Shown here piece by piece: positions 16,430 through 33,276 of a stretch of 64,000 nt of DNA. Origin of the DNA: Eledone cirrhosa. Lineage: Eukaryota. The notes beneath the pieces were generated by a model. That model was not told where the DNA came from, did not search any database, and was given only the letters and a program-made list of their open reading frames with translations. The stretch spans positions 98,766,001-98,830,000 of the forward strand of contig OZ024741.1 of assembly GCA_964016885.1 (NCBI GenBank). The letters are read 5' to 3'. The position numbers and the translations under genes were made by a program. The stretch's first letter is position 1. Each line of letters starts with the position of its first letter.

Positions 16430-17822
16430 TGTGTGTGTGTGTGTGTGTATACATATAATTATATAAACGTATAAAAATATACACGCATAAATACGTATAT
16501 AACGCACGCACACACACACACCTACAGGTAAATACACATATGTTCGCTAAACGTACGTCAACCAAAGCACAAAGTACACATATACACACCCTACATACGT
16601 GCAAACCCGCATACACACACAAACGCAAAATACACGTATATACATAACCATATACACATGTACCAGTATATATAATATAATATATACACTTATAACAAAT
16701 ACAAGCAAATATACGTACGAGAAAGTATGCGTACCTTCACAAAACCATTACAAATAAGTAATGGCATAAACATAAAATATACTTAGCATCAAGACGTAAA
16801 TTATCCGCGTATTGTTCGTACTATCTGTTAGGGTATAATGTGTAATACAGGAAAGTTTTATGCAATTTATGTTTACAAGCCGAAATTGCCTCAGATTTTT
16901 TTTATTAAGATGTCGTCATTGGCGTAGAATATTTCCAGGGCTTCAGCGACGCAGAGGTCACATGGTATTTTATTTCCGTTATATGATCTAGCCCCAGCTA
17001 GGATCTCCCATGTAACGTATATTGGGTGTGGTTGTCTTTTAGATTCCAGATATAAGCTGAAAGTGACATCATATTCCTTTTTAAAGGGTTAAGAAAAGAA
17101 TGGGTATGCATGTAAAAACGCTGCTTGAATCTATTGGCGGTTAACCCTATGTAGGCCCTACGTGTCGTGGGTGTTTCAACCTTACATTTGTAGACAATGT
17201 TACTGGAGAGGCATTTCCCGGATAGGGGCAGTCAACCCAATTCCTACAATTAAAGTTAGTACTAGCTACAGGGTTGCACGTGTTCCTACAGCTAGGTAAT
17301 TTAGCTAAATTTGAAGCAGTGATATTATGTGCAAGGTTAGGAGTCGTAGAGTAAGAAATTTTAATGGTATTTCTATTAAACATTTTATTATATTTATCTG
17401 CTGGGGTGAAATGCTTCTTAATAAGGGAGAGAAAGATCTTAGCTAATGGTGTGGCCACCTCCATATTATATGGTGGGTTATACCATATAACGCGTCGGGA
17501 TCTATTTTTCCTAGGTCTATGCTCATACTCAGTATGTGCTACTTTATCGACAAATCCACTCCGAGCAAGAGCTTCATTGTAATATGTGGAAAGGTCGGTG
17601 AAAATATGTTCGTTTGTAGATAGACGGGAAAGCCTCAAAGAAACATTTCTTGCCAGGGAACGTATGCACGAACCAAAGTATCGTCTTCCTGTTTTCCTTT
17701 GGTTGCAACGTTTTTCGAAATATTTACTTCTGCGTTCACAGATTGATTTTTTTAGTTTCAGTAGATCCCGTTAAAGGTGAAACAGCGATTCTTTGCTTAA
17801 ACTTTAATCTGTTATTTTAATA
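15401..17822 (-). mobile_element. PLE family A, 5'-truncated, with inverted pseudo-LTR
   Basis: Terminal repeat 15401-~16075 (with ~130-bp internal tandem repeats), partial ORF, then inverted terminal repeat 17667-17822. (TA)n on both sides. Confidence 0.9.
16821..17660 (-). pseudogene. PLE RT thumb/linker plus C-terminal GIY-YIG endonuclease (frameshifted; probably Hydra-type clade)
   Basis: RLSRLSTNE…YYNEALARSGF…RRVIWYNPPY…FNRNTIKISYS…NCRN..CP, then in another frame NIVYKC…AYIGLTANRFKQRFYMH…ISACKHK. Clade assignment is an inference. Confidence 0.9.
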
Positions 17823-17842
17823 AATTAATATATATATATATG

Positions 17843-17906
<64 letters not shown>

Positions 17907-18447
17907 TAGAGAGAGAGAGAGAGAGATGAGACGTGAGAGAGAGAGAGAGAGAGGGAGAATAAATATATTTATATATATAACATACATACATAAATACATA
18001 CATAATTATTTGGTAGAGAGTAATGAAAAATATATCAATAACGTGTTTCCGTGCAAAGTCTACCAGAGGGCTCAAACGAGTTGAATAAATCTAGACCAAG
18101 ATTATACACGTGGATACACACGCACACATATTATATATACGTACTTATAGCTAATATTATGCAATATTGAGATATAAAAAAGCAAACGCGTACAAAGCGA
18201 CAATTACTTTTTTTAATATCAAACAATCATTTTACATAATACGGTACGTTGAATTGAAATACCTTTATAAACAAAAATCGGTATTTGTAACAATCTAGAG
18301 AGTTAAACTTAAATAAATGCGCCAACAATGCCTTAAGGAGCAATCCTTCAAACACATATTGTGTCACCGATGTCTGTACTTCCCATATATATCCAACCGC
18401 AGCGCAAGCTGAAACCACTTAGCCCCGCGGTCAAGATTTCTCTCTCT

Positions 18448-18519
<72 letters not shown>

Positions 18520-18520
<1 letters not shown>

Positions 18521-19087
18521 AATCTGAGTTTTTCGAATATTAATAATAATATTCGATTCGTTTGCAATTATGCAAACAGCTTCTTTTATAAGCCAAGTAA
18601 GTAGAATGAGCCCCTCATACTTGCTCTTGTGTTGGCATGCAAACAGAACTGCAGACACTAATGTTTCTGAGTGATTACTCTTCATCGGCGTAATTTACTC
18701 TTTAGCTGCCAACTGTCAGAGTTAGTGAAAATATATATTTTCTGAAATATGCAATGACTCACCGGCCTGATTTGCATATTAGCAGACTGGCTGATCAGTC
18801 AGATCTGTATATTAGCAGACCCACTGATCAGCCAGATTTGTATATCAGCAGATAGGCCAGTCAGTTTCATGTATACGAGCGATTAATGGCCGGCTTTGTT
18901 ATCGCTCTACATGGCTGAATACAATAAATGTAATATGAGTTTTTCGAATATTAATAATGATATTCGATTCATTTACAATTATGCAAACAGCTTCTTTTAT
19001 AAGCCATGCCAGTAGAATGAGCCCCTCATTCTCGCCCTTGTGTTGGTATGCAAACAGAGCTACAGACACTAATGTTCTGTTTGCAAA
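18520..19087. mobile_element. Family D tandem terminal repeats with 33-bp minisatellite
   Basis: Direct repeats 18520-18665 and 18935-19075. About three 33-bp units GATTTGCATATTAGCAGACTGGCTGATCAGTCA at ~18770-18865. Confidence 0.75.
18646..18695 (-). ncRNA. Type I hammerhead (family D, core CCGATGA)
   Basis: Homolog of 9035-9084 with stem II GAGT/ACTC and degraded stem I. Confidence 0.6.
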
Positions 19088-19109
19088 TATAATAATACAT
19101 TCGTCCTTA

Positions 19110-19240
19110 CATGTGGATTGGTAGTATCGGTAGAGGGTCGGGCGCCATGCTTTGCAGCATACAGTTACGGTGTTGATAAAATAAAGTACCAGTAATGCAC
19201 TGGGATAATTGCTGGCCTTGTGCCAAAAGTAGAAACAACT
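19110..19240 (+). mobile_element. tRNA-derived SINE, internally deleted
   Basis: GGATTGGTAGTATCGGTAGAGGGTCGG…GATAAAATAAAGTACCAGTAATGCACTGG…. Confidence 0.8.
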
Positions 19241-19247
19241 ATATATA

Positions 19248-19286
<39 letters not shown>

Positions 19287-19291
<5 letters not shown>

Positions 19292-19827
19292 ACTAGAAAT
19301 TGATTAACATATAAATAAACATGAATAATCACAGGAGATAATTTTTACATGTGTGTAAGCACACATAGCTAGGTAGGTAACTAAATAAAGTTGACCAGAA
19401 CTTCAAAAATAGATACCTTATAATATGATTAATCTTCCCTGTATATATTCCATTAAAGAAATATATTTCACCAATTAATCGAATGGTAAACCACGGATGC
19501 CGATACTTGGATTTTCAACAAGGAAGAAGTTTCAGCGATCTATGTTTACACTTCAAGTTCAAATCAGCGGCTGGCCAGCAACATGTGCTGTATCTACTAG
19601 AAATACACACATCATACCAGCTTCGTCCCAGTGGCGTGAATAGGGTTATCGACAACTAGAAACAGCAGTCAAGTCTTTCAACAATCATATTATAAGGTAT
19701 CTATTTTTGAAGTTCTGGTCAACTTTATTTAGTTACCTACCTAGCTATGTGTGCTTACACACTTGTAAAAATTATCTCCTGTGATTATTCATGTTTATTT
19801 ATATGTTAATCAATTTCTAGTTATTAT
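19287..19827. mobile_element. Fold-back element with ~145-bp near-perfect inverted arms
   Basis: 19287-19430 is the reverse complement of 19683-19827, with a ~250-bp spacer. The left end abuts (TA)n. Confidence 0.75.
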
Positions 19828-19952
19828 AAAATGCTCGGACCTATTTGTTAGAATCTTAGAGCTTATTTTGCGGGTGATATGGTGCACGTCTTTCTGGCAT
19901 GACACCCATAATTTTGATTTAGAATAAATTCATTTTGATTTATCTTAATTTT

Positions 19953-19993
<41 letters not shown>

Positions 19994-20627
19994 TTATTGT
20001 TTCTACTTTTGGCACATATATATACATATGTGTGTGTGTGTGTGTGTGCGTGCGTGTGTGTGTACTATTCAGTGAAATACTGGTGGTGACATATCAAAAT
20101 GAGCACTTGATGCACACGCAGGGTGTATATATTAAGACAAACGATGAAGTTTAGTTTACATATGTTTAGTTGTTTATAGTGTAAGACCGGTATATATATA
20201 TACAGGTGGTATCCGGCCTGGTTGGAACTGTATTTATCGACTTCGAAATGATAGAAGACGACGCTGATCAGTGCAGAAAGCCCTGAAAAACACTAAAAGG
20301 CATGTTGCCCTATGTTCTACCCACTTCAGCAATTTGCCACCTACTTCCTGATAAATGAGTAGAAACCAAAGTGTCTGTATGTAAACCACCCATAGAAACA
20401 ACCCATACTTCGAAATATTGGGAACATTTCCGAAATATTCACAGAAATAATTTTGTTTTATTCTTTCAATCAATTATGAGACTCTGTTACATGAAAAAAT
20501 AACCAGAAATCATACAATAAAGTCGAATATATACGTTCATCTTGAGATGGTGGGTCCAGAAATATAAAAAAAGTATTTTCAATTTTTTAAGACACCGAAT
20601 GAAAGATTTGGAAGACGTCCAGCTTTA

Positions 20628-20697
20628 ATAATTGTTTCTACATTTGGCACAAGGCCAGCAATTAACCAGTATATTACTGGTACTTTATTTTATCGAT
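20628..20697 (-). mobile_element. SINE 3' fragment
   Basis: ATAATTGTTTCTAC…GGCACAAGGCCAGCAATT…ACTGGTACTTTATTTTATCGA. Confidence 0.75.
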
Positions 20698-21569
20698 TTC
20701 TGTATGTCTTTTCTTAAGTCACCATCGCATATGTAAAGAGGAGTTGAACGTATATTACAATATATCCTTTAACATAACAATAGCCTCATACAAGTGGAAA
20801 TGTTATTACTAACTCCACCTGTAAAGGAAGACATAGCAACTGTTATTAAAACGAACTCTGAACCTTTTCTTCAAATTTTACTCCCGAATAACAATTGAGG
20901 AGTATGAGAGTGCAGGTGTTGAAAAGGCGATAGCTTTATATGAATAGATAATAGCGTGATTTGAACTCAGAAAACAAAAAGAAGAATAACTTTTTTCAGT
21001 ATAAATTAAAACAAAGATTGAAAAAGAGGACAAAAGACAGGTGGATGGCAGTAAGAGGTTGTAACAGACACACAAAAAAACGAAAAGATGAGAATGTGAC
21101 AATAAATATGAATAGCATTAAGAGAAGAAAGGATGATATGAGGGAAGTTATCTCATATGCGCCATTCTTGCAATTACAATTTATCATTTTAGGAGATATG
21201 ATATGCAGGTCTAAATGATTTGCAGGTAGCCCCTACTTTATATTAATCCATACTGTCCATAATAGATTTAAGTAGTCGTTGCCTTGAACATTAAAAACTT
21301 TTAACAACACGTATATGAAAATCTGTCATTTGAATGAAGCAAATCATTTCTCTCCAAGGAGATCTGATGTTGTTGAAAGAAACTGATTGAATTGGTCACA
21401 GCAGGGCATGTTGCTGATTCAATACTTCCGACACTGAATTGTAAAGGAATGTAAACATTTTAAAGTTTTGTAAACGGTTACGAGTTTTAAATAAAGAAAG
21501 TGTTGCACTCTACATTACGGTAAATATACGTTCATACAATACTGCCACAATAGTCTTCAGTAACCAGAA

Positions 21570-21735
21570 TCAGCTCGGTCGGTGCTGATTAAATTATGTA
21601 AAGCAAAAAGTTCAAATTCCATCAAGGACAACATTGCCTTTCATTCCTGCAGTAACGATAAAATAAGTGCTGGGGTCCATTTAATCAACGTTCCCCTGTC
21701 CCAGATTGCTGACTTTTTGCCGAAATTAGAAATAA
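21570..21735 (+). mobile_element. Old SINE copy
   Basis: GTTCAAATTCC…TTGCCTTTCATTCC…CGATAAAATAAGTGCTGGGGTC…. Confidence 0.65.
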
Positions 21736-22447
21736 GCTTAGCATCACACATTTTGGGAGATAACTGTAACTAGTGTATTAGATCGATTGGTATAATTGAT
21801 TGGTAATGTATTTTGTCTATTTCGATTAGATTTGGATGCAGATCATAAAGACCGCGATTCTAAATACGTTCCCGAATTTAGAGTGTCAGACACAATTCAA
21901 AATTAGAATGAATACCAATTATATATCGCAGTTGGGACAGAGTGAGAGAGTGTGAACAACAGGGAAAGATAGAGTCGTTGATGAATGATTGAATCAAAAA
22001 GAGAAAGGGAGATAGATGATCAGAAAAAGCCCTACACAAAAGCAAAAAGATGTCGGGCATATGGGACAATATATAGAGAAATAGAGGGATGTGGGAAGTC
22101 GGCAGAGAGTAAGAGAGAAACAAAGAGACAGAAAAAGAATAGCAGACAAACAGACAGAAAAGTGCAATACGAAAAATAAATACATAAGAAAACTATGCAC
22201 TGAGCGATTTAGACAGAGAAAGGTGGAGATAGGGGAGAGAGTGAGATAGACAGAAAGAGACATATAGAAAGTCAGAGATTTCGCTGATATTTATTTTACT
22301 ATATCTATTTAAGCGAGGTATGGGCGGTCGAGGTATTAACCAAACAAGTGCAGCTCTCGTGTGGTTTGACAGTGTTGATGTAACATACACGTTAATTATC
22401 TATGAAGCTCATATACACATATGCACAAGCGGACACAGATTCTTCTT

Positions 22448-24278
<1,831 letters not shown>

Positions 24279-24289
24279 AATAAATAAAC

Positions 24290-24702
24290 AAACAAATAGA
24301 AAAATAGAAAAATGAACACAAACACACACAGACACCCGGATGTGGCGCATGCGCAAACTGAGCACGCAACCCACACACAAACAAAATGGCGTAGGATAGA
24401 AGAAAGGAAAGGCACAGAAACGAAGAAAGAAATCCCCAGTCACTGAAGAGGTCACAGAGTGTGTGACGAAAGAACTATGACTATATATATATAAACAACT
24501 ATCTGGTTGTGGAACCAACCAACCAACCAGAAATTTATAATTTATAAATTTGTAAATTTATAAATATATAATAAATTAAATTGAAGTGAAAGCAATTGGT
24601 GCGTGTGTTTCTTATTGGCAACATGACCCTCCCAAAGTATAACAATATCGGTTTCAACACACGATTTCAGATAAAGAATCTTGCTAAACAAATTCAGAAA
24701 CG
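24290..24702 (+). mobile_element. PLE family B terminal repeat (non-autonomous)
   Basis: Homologous to 39153-39740, 58780-59062 and 61680-61975. Shares the TGACCCTCCCAAAGTATAACAA motif with family F. Confidence 0.8.
24438..24482 (+). ncRNA. Type I hammerhead (family B)
   Basis: AGTCA-CTGAAGA-G-GTCACA gagtg TGTGAC-GAA-AGAACT-A-TGACT. Confidence 0.85.
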
Positions 24703-24724
24703 ATATATATATATATATATATAT

Positions 24725-25957
<1,233 letters not shown>

Positions 25958-26026
25958 AGCTCCTGATTATTACTGGAATTCTATAAGAATCCAGCTTCTA
26001 TCATTTTCGGCGGAAGCAGGGGGTGC

Positions 26027-26073
26027 GTGGATCTGATGATCGCCAAATAGCGTGAAACAGACTGTTAACTTCT
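26027..26073 (+). ncRNA. Hammerhead-like motif with weak stem I
   Basis: CTGATGA-T CGC caaata GCG T-GAA-ACAGACTGT-T, inside a ~240-bp insert between two (TA)n arrays. Confidence 0.55.
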
Positions 26074-26200
26074 CTCCCTTCTTTCGCCGAAAAGAAGTAA
26101 GTGACATAGTCACTACTTTAAAACCGATAGCGTATGGTCTTCTAAATGTTTTTAATTAAACATACGGTGTATTGCCAAATATACTATACTTACATTCATA

Positions 26201-26645
<445 letters not shown>

Positions 26646-26836
26646 TTATTTATTTATTTATTTACGTTTGTTGGTTCACCACTGGACAGAACTGGTCATT
26701 CCGTATGGTCAACCTCGATGTAATATTATGGGGAGCACTCAACGTAATGCAACTCACCCGTCTTCGTTTGTGTACGGAGTTAATTATTATAAAATAACAG
26801 GAGGCTGGACTGGTGTAATTCGTTAAAAGTTTTATT

Positions 26837-26894
26837 ATACGATGATCATTTCAATGACCGGGTTCAGTATGAATCTGGTGACATCATCAGGTAT
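26837..26894 (-). ncRNA. Type I hammerhead (family G)
   Basis: ATAC-CTGATGA-long stem II-GAA-ATGATCAT-C-GTAT, with palindromic stem III. Confidence 0.75.
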
Positions 26895-28887
26895 TCGAAA
26901 TATAACAAAGGAATATAATAGACAAAATCCATGGGGCTGAAAAACAGAGACATTATGGCGCCCGCCCTCAAGTGGTGATTATTAAGCCTACTTATGTCCA
27001 TCTGGTGAAGGGGCGTAGGCTTATAGTGTATTACTACCATCCTGTCAAAGACAGAGGCCAGCGTTGAGGTCAGGTTACAATCAAGCTGGTCATGCGTGCT
27101 TAAAAGTGCCGTGAAAAATATCTTTAACAAATCTATATATAGTAATATATAGTGGGCGTCTGCTTAATGTATGGACAGAAATTACGATTAACAGTTAGAA
27201 ACGTTAAATTTATGTTTAGAGTTATAAGATGCATTTTAAGATGAAATTAGAAAAATAAGGTTTAGGTTTGAAGTTGTGAGATTTGGTAAGAATTTACAGA
27301 AGTAGGCTTTTATGAAAAAGTTTAAGTGTATTATAGATAGTCACGATAAAGTTTCAGACTAGAATATAGAGTAAAGATTAAGCCCATGCTTAGCGGTCAA
27401 TAACCAGCGACGTGGCGGACCCCCGGCCAGCCAGGGGCCCAATGGCGTGTCATCCGTTCCGAGTATTATCGTCTAGCGAAAGAAATAGAAATTTATTTTC
27501 CCGAGCACTCCAGGAATGTTAACTGTCTTAAGCGTCGGGTGTGTTGGCGGGAAGTCCACCATCGTCCGCCGGCCATCGTATATACCAAACGATTACTAGT
27601 TATTCACACTGGTGGGGGATTTAGTTAAGTGCTAGTAGAAGGAGGCAAGATAAAGTTAGATGTTATGATTAAGCCTAGTATTTAAAGGTACTGTTTGGTG
27701 GTCAATAACCGGTGTCGAGGCGGGTTCCAAGTCAGACAGGGCCCCAGGGCGAAGCAGCCGTTCCGAGTATTTTCGTTTACCGAAAGAAGGGGAAATCTAT
27801 TTTTCCAAGCACTCAAGGAAGGCTCATCGACTCGAGCGCCTGGCGTGCAGTCGGGAAAGCCGCCACATCCGTCGGATCATCGCGTGTACCAAACGATTAT
27901 TAGTTATTCACATACGTGATGTGAAGTTTAACAGTGGCAAAATCTGATGAAATGTGCAAATAAACTATATTTAGTCCCCAGTTAGTCCGGGTAATATGTA
28001 GTGTGATTCTTGAGTGGGTAGGGGGAGTGAATAAAGATAAATAGATATAAAGGGTACAGAGAGTAATATTCTAGGGCCGTGTGCTAGTGAGTACAAGGAT
28101 AAGTATATAATGCGAGTAACGCGAGTAAATAAATGCATAAATAAAACCGTAAGTAAAATACATAAATACATAAATAAAATGCAGTCATACCTAGGGTGGT
28201 GATGTTGGGAGTAAAGAGGAAGTATATAAGAACATATCGAAGAAATCACAATACAGAAGAAATAAAATACAGATCAAGATGCAGTAAATGGGCAATATAT
28301 AGCACGGGTGGAGAATACAAGGTTATACATATAGATATAGAGGATGGAAGAGTTGGAATGGTATCAGGTGATACCTATTAAAGGTTCGAGTCTTAATTTT
28401 CAATGTGAATCCCAAACGCCCTGAAATATAGGATAGGGAATTCAGTCAATACAATACAGAGTATAGTAGAATATGTTGATTCTTTTAAAGAATCTATGAG
28501 GTCTGACGGAGTCTGAATATTCCCGACAGGGAAGCAGCAATGGATGGTCCAGGTGGGCGGTAGACAAAGCTCAAAGCAGCCATAATCCGGAAGGTGCGTA
28601 GTTAGTCCTATGCTGGCGATAGCTGTACACTGGAGTCAGTGCAGCTGTTCATTATTACATCTGAAAGCGCTCGACATTTTCTGGAACATTATCTATTTAG
28701 GTTTGTTGGTTCACCACTGGATAGAACTGGTCATTCCGTATGGTCAACCTCGATGTAATATTATGGAGAGCACTCAACGTAATGCAACTCACCCGTCATC
28801 GTTTGTGTAGTTGGTGGTGCGAGTACGAAGTTAATTATTATAAAATAACATGGATTTTGTCTATTATATTCCTTTGTTATATTTCCA

Positions 28888-28945
28888 ATACCTGATGATG
28901 TCATCGGATTCATACTGAACCCGGTCATTGAAATGATCATAGTAT
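28888..28945 (+). ncRNA. Type I hammerhead (family G, inverted copy)
   Basis: ATAC-CTGATGA-TGTC ATCGGATTCA tac TGAACCCGGT CATT-GAA-ATGATCAT-A-GTAT. Confidence 0.75.
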
Positions 28946-28989
28946 AATAAACCTTTTAAGGAATTACACCAGTCCAGCCTCCTGTTACT

Positions 28990-29059
<70 letters not shown>

Positions 29060-29077
29060 GTAATAATAATGAATTTG

Positions 29078-29305
29078 AAGACTAAAATCCAAAGAGGGCT
29101 CGATAAGGATAAATATATATCAAATATATAAGAACCGTAGAGCAAATATTTATTAAAATAACAGATTAAAGTTTAAGCAAAGAATCGCTGCTTTCACCCT
29201 TAACGAGATCTTCTGAAACTGTAATGCAACTCATCTTCAGAAGATCCCGTTAAGGGTGAAAGCAGCGATTCTTTGCTTAAACTTTAATCTGTTATTTTAA
29301 TAAAT
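29078..29305. mobile_element. Family A fold-back
   Basis: Family A terminus to 29220, 15-nt spacer, then reverse complement 29236-29305. Confidence 0.85.
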
Positions 29306-29318
29306 ATATATATATATA

Positions 29319-29670
29319 TTTATTAATAAGAGGAATTCCAACTTTGTCTGATTTACTCGTTTTATTTACAATCCTTTAAAATATATATAATATGGTATTA
29401 TAATGAAATAGTATGATAGAATATTAAATTCAACAGTTGAAAATTGCAAACTCGACTGTCACCACATATCATTAACCTGAAGATTGCGAAAGCATGAAAG
29501 TACTTGTTCAATTAACACTTAGAATTTAATATTCTATCATACTATTTCATTATAATACCATATTATATATATTTTAAAGGATTGTAAATAAAACGAGTAA
29601 ATCAGACAAAGTTGGAATTCCTCTTATTAATATAATCTTCTATACACAATCATACACACCCGTGTATATT
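29319..29670. mobile_element. Family E fold-back with central HHR
   Basis: 29319-29430 is inverted at ~29521-29630. HHR at 29472-29510 has palindromic AAGTACTT stem III. Confidence 0.8.
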
Positions 29671-29672
29671 TA

Positions 29673-29726
<54 letters not shown>

Positions 29727-29813
29727 ATACTATTATTCTATCATACTCTGCTCTGCAAGAGCATAGAGTGCTCAACCGGAATACTGCCCATGGAAGCATC
29801 TTAGCTACCATCA

Positions 29814-29916
<103 letters not shown>

Positions 29917-30564
29917 ACGCACACACACACACGCGCGCGCGCGCTTGGCAAGCTATTTAGAACACTGGTTTAACCAATTTACTTCCCTCCGAAGAGGAGA
30001 TACTATCTCGAAAATTAAGGACATTTAAATTAATTTAAGGTAAAAGACTAATTGTCAACAATATCTTTTGCATTTGCATTTTTATTCTATGTCCATGCCT
30101 GCATTGTTTTGGCTTTACAAATACAAACGTTTATACCTCATTACACAATGCATCAAGTGAACTATAACTTCCTCCATATATATATATATATATATATATA
30201 TAAAGCACATACGCATAATATCACATACATATATAATGTCATTACTAATATAAATGTAAAATATTACTTATATATGTAAAGATATCTGTGCTCTGTTCTC
30301 ACATAATATACACTGATGATGGAGCAGATAGTGTAATTCCTTGCGATTTGAAATCAAGACATAAAAAGACAAATCCAATTAAGTGTGCTTCCATTTAGGC
30401 CATTCCATTGTTCTCATAATGTCGTATGAATCTACCCTAAAATTGTATTGGTATTTTATCCGGAACAATATCACACTAATTTGACCTCTGGGCTATTTGA
30501 AATCAGAATATATCTCTATGTATGTATGTATGTATGTATGTATGTATGTATGTATGTATGTATG

Positions 30565-30866
30565 TTCTTCTTTTTGGTAAATATCATCTTGGTTAAGAGA
30601 GTGGGACTGGCTTTGTGCAGTGCCTTTGCTCACTATAAAAGCTTCACGGCACAGGCATTGCTTTGTATCTGGAGATCTCTCTGCACTTGTCGTTACATGC
30701 TACCATGGGCCCAGCACTATGTGTCAATAATTGTCACAAGTGTAGTGTTTGTACCAGAGTTTTCAAGTCACTGGCTGGACTAAAATGTCAGACTCGTTCA
30801 ACGCATTGGTGGGGGTTCTCCTACATGGATGTAAAGTAGTGGCCGTACTCGAAAACGAGTTGGCAG
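30565..30866 (-). mobile_element. Unclassified ~300-bp dispersed repeat
   Basis: Highly similar to 37670-37972. This copy lies within (TATG)n. Confidence 0.75.
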
Positions 30867-31732
30867 TCACCATGTATGCATGTATGTATGTATGTATGTA
30901 TGAATGAATGTATGCATATATGTGTGTATATATGTATTTTTATGTATGTATGTATGTATGTGTGTGTGTGTATGGATGTATGTATGAATGAATGTTTGCA
31001 TATATGTGTGTATGTATATATGTGTGTTTATATGTATATATGTATGTATGTATATATGTATATATATATGTATGTGTGTCAGTGAGTGTGTGTGTCTGTG
31101 CCTGTGTGTTTGTGTCTGTGTCTGTACATTAATTACATTTCTCTGTTCCTCTTCAGTCATACTATAACGGTGTCTGTCCTCCTGAACAAGCAACATACAC
31201 CGAATTCTTCAGCTATAATCCATACTTTAACTTTTACCTGAAATCCCGCACTGAATATTTTACTTTTTCTTGTTGTTTCTTCAAAGATGACAATTCAAAT
31301 CCCTGAGGAAGACCAAGAATCAAAGGAGTTTCAAGTGTAACTATTGTGGCTTTTCTTTCCAATATATAGTGTATCAAAGGACAATATTACCCTATGAGGC
31401 TTTCCATTTTTTACGAGTGATTTGAAGGTGGATAGTATTTCTTGCAGATTGATCCACCGTGAAGAGATATTTTGCTAGTTCTTCCTTTATTTTCTTTTCT
31501 GAAGCTCATGTCATTGTTGTTTAGATCTAATGGCTATGATCAAAGATAGTCAAACCCTAATGATCACTTCTTGTTTATTCAGTCATAGTACCATCTTTTC
31601 AACGAATAAGACTTTTCAATGAAATCAGTAGAGTCTGGTCTGTGGAAGATTTGGTAGTTAATACATATCTAAAATAAAATAGACATTACAATACACCGGA
31701 AGGAAACATAATAGTAAGTGTGTTTTATAATT

Positions 31733-31920
31733 GATTGGCAGTATCTGTAGAGAGTCGGATACCATGCATTGCAGCATAGAGTTACGCCCCTTTTAGTTCT
31801 GAGTTCAAATCCCGCCGAGGTTAACTTTGCCTTTCATCCTTACAGGGTCGATAAAATAAAGTACCAGTAATGCACTGGAATAATTGCTGGCCTTGTGCCA
31901 AAAGTAGAAACAATTATTAT
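31733..31920 (+). mobile_element. tRNA-derived SINE
   Basis: GATTGGCAGTATC…GTTCTGAGTTCAAATCCCGCCGAGGTTAACTTTGCCTTTCATCC…GAAACAATTATT. Confidence 0.85.
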
Positions 31921-32562
31921 TTCTGGCAATATAACCCTCCCCAAATATGACCCTCCCAAAATATAACAATATATATCTATATAGAAGAAGAAGGAGAAGA
32001 AGAAGAAGAAGAAGAAGAAGAAGAAGAAGACTTGCAATTCTATATATAATTCTAGACATAGACAAAAGAAGGAGAGTAGCGAACTAAAAGGTAAGGCATC
32101 CCCTATTTGTCTGCTACTTTTCTGTTTTAATGTTAATTTTTCTTTACCCGCTGCATATTTCGTTTGTATGTAGATCCACCATGTGGCGATGTTATCGTAT
32201 CTTCTCCAACTTAAACCCCAGCCTGCCGCCATTTATTAACTTACTGCTGTGTCACCATATTGCTGTATTTGTGTTTTTATAAACACGTTTTGTACTGTCT
32301 TTAATGTAAAACACCTTCTGCAAATTTAAAGTAAAACAAGGATGAATGAACGTTGCAAAAGATGGGGAGAGTGAATGTCTCTACTATCAGCTTGGGCACC
32401 TAGGTTGATAAAGAGAGTTGAGATACTGGCTCAGCGTGGTCCCGGATATGAGAAATTTCTTCAATTGGTCCTAATTTCAATGTGTGTGTAGGCACCAACC
32501 CTATATCTATCGATCTATGATTCCCTTTGAATGATACAGTTCTAGTCCTGTAGAAGGCCATT

Positions 32563-32602
<40 letters not shown>

Positions 32603-32665
32603 CATAAAACATGTCTATAGAATCACAAGATAACATATATACCATTTTAGTATATACATATACAT

Positions 32666-32732
<67 letters not shown>

Positions 32733-32899
32733 TGTATATATCACATAAGAAACGGAGAATCAGTGTTGCGACGAATAATATTTATTAGACATATTAAAAT
32801 CGTTTCTCTCGCGACCAGCTTGAAGCAGGATCGATGTAATGATCGAACCTGACTCGCTTACGGACGCTTTAAGCATTCCACACCAATTATATATATATA

Positions 32900-33162
32900 A
32901 GGAAAAAAGATGAAATCGAAAATGCAACTGGAGTCTTTTTAAGAATATTTATTTGGTTCTTTTACCGGTTTCGCAGTTCTTGTGCTTTTCAAAAGTAGAA
33001 TTGAGATGGAGGGTTTGTGGTTTTTCTCGTATCTGAGAAAAACCACAAACATTCCATCTTAATTCGACTTTAAAAAGCACAAGAACTGCGAAACCGGTAA
33101 AGGAACCAAATAAATATTCTTAAGAAGACTCCAGTTGCATTTTCGATTTCATCTTTTTTCCT
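32900..33162. mobile_element. PLE-type fold-back with variant HHR
   Basis: ~130-bp arms centred near 33031. Minus strand ~32959-32996 reads CTT-TTGAAAA-GCA caagaac TGC-GAA-ACCGGT-A-AA. Confidence 0.75.
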
Positions 33163-33208
33163 CATACTTTCACTCGTGTAGGACATTTCGTTTTTTGCAA
33201 AAAAAACT

Positions 33209-33276
<68 letters not shown>

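Larger units (their letters stand above)
26660..28995 (-). mobile_element. PLE family G with direct plus inverted pseudo-LTR parts
   Basis: 26665-26808 repeats directly at ~28700-28850. ~26797-26933 is inverted at ~28851-28995. HHR present in both orientations. (TA)n flanks. Confidence 0.8.

Noticed and set aside
20200-21560. Possible decayed Tc1/mariner sequence
   Set aside because: Only a weak TACAGG start and a vague LPANHLDL peptide. No matching TIR or DDE motif could be confirmed.
30448-30783. Duplicated small gene (with 37647-37889)
   Set aside because: The similarity comes from a dispersed repeat in microsatellites. Starts differ and no domain is recognisable.
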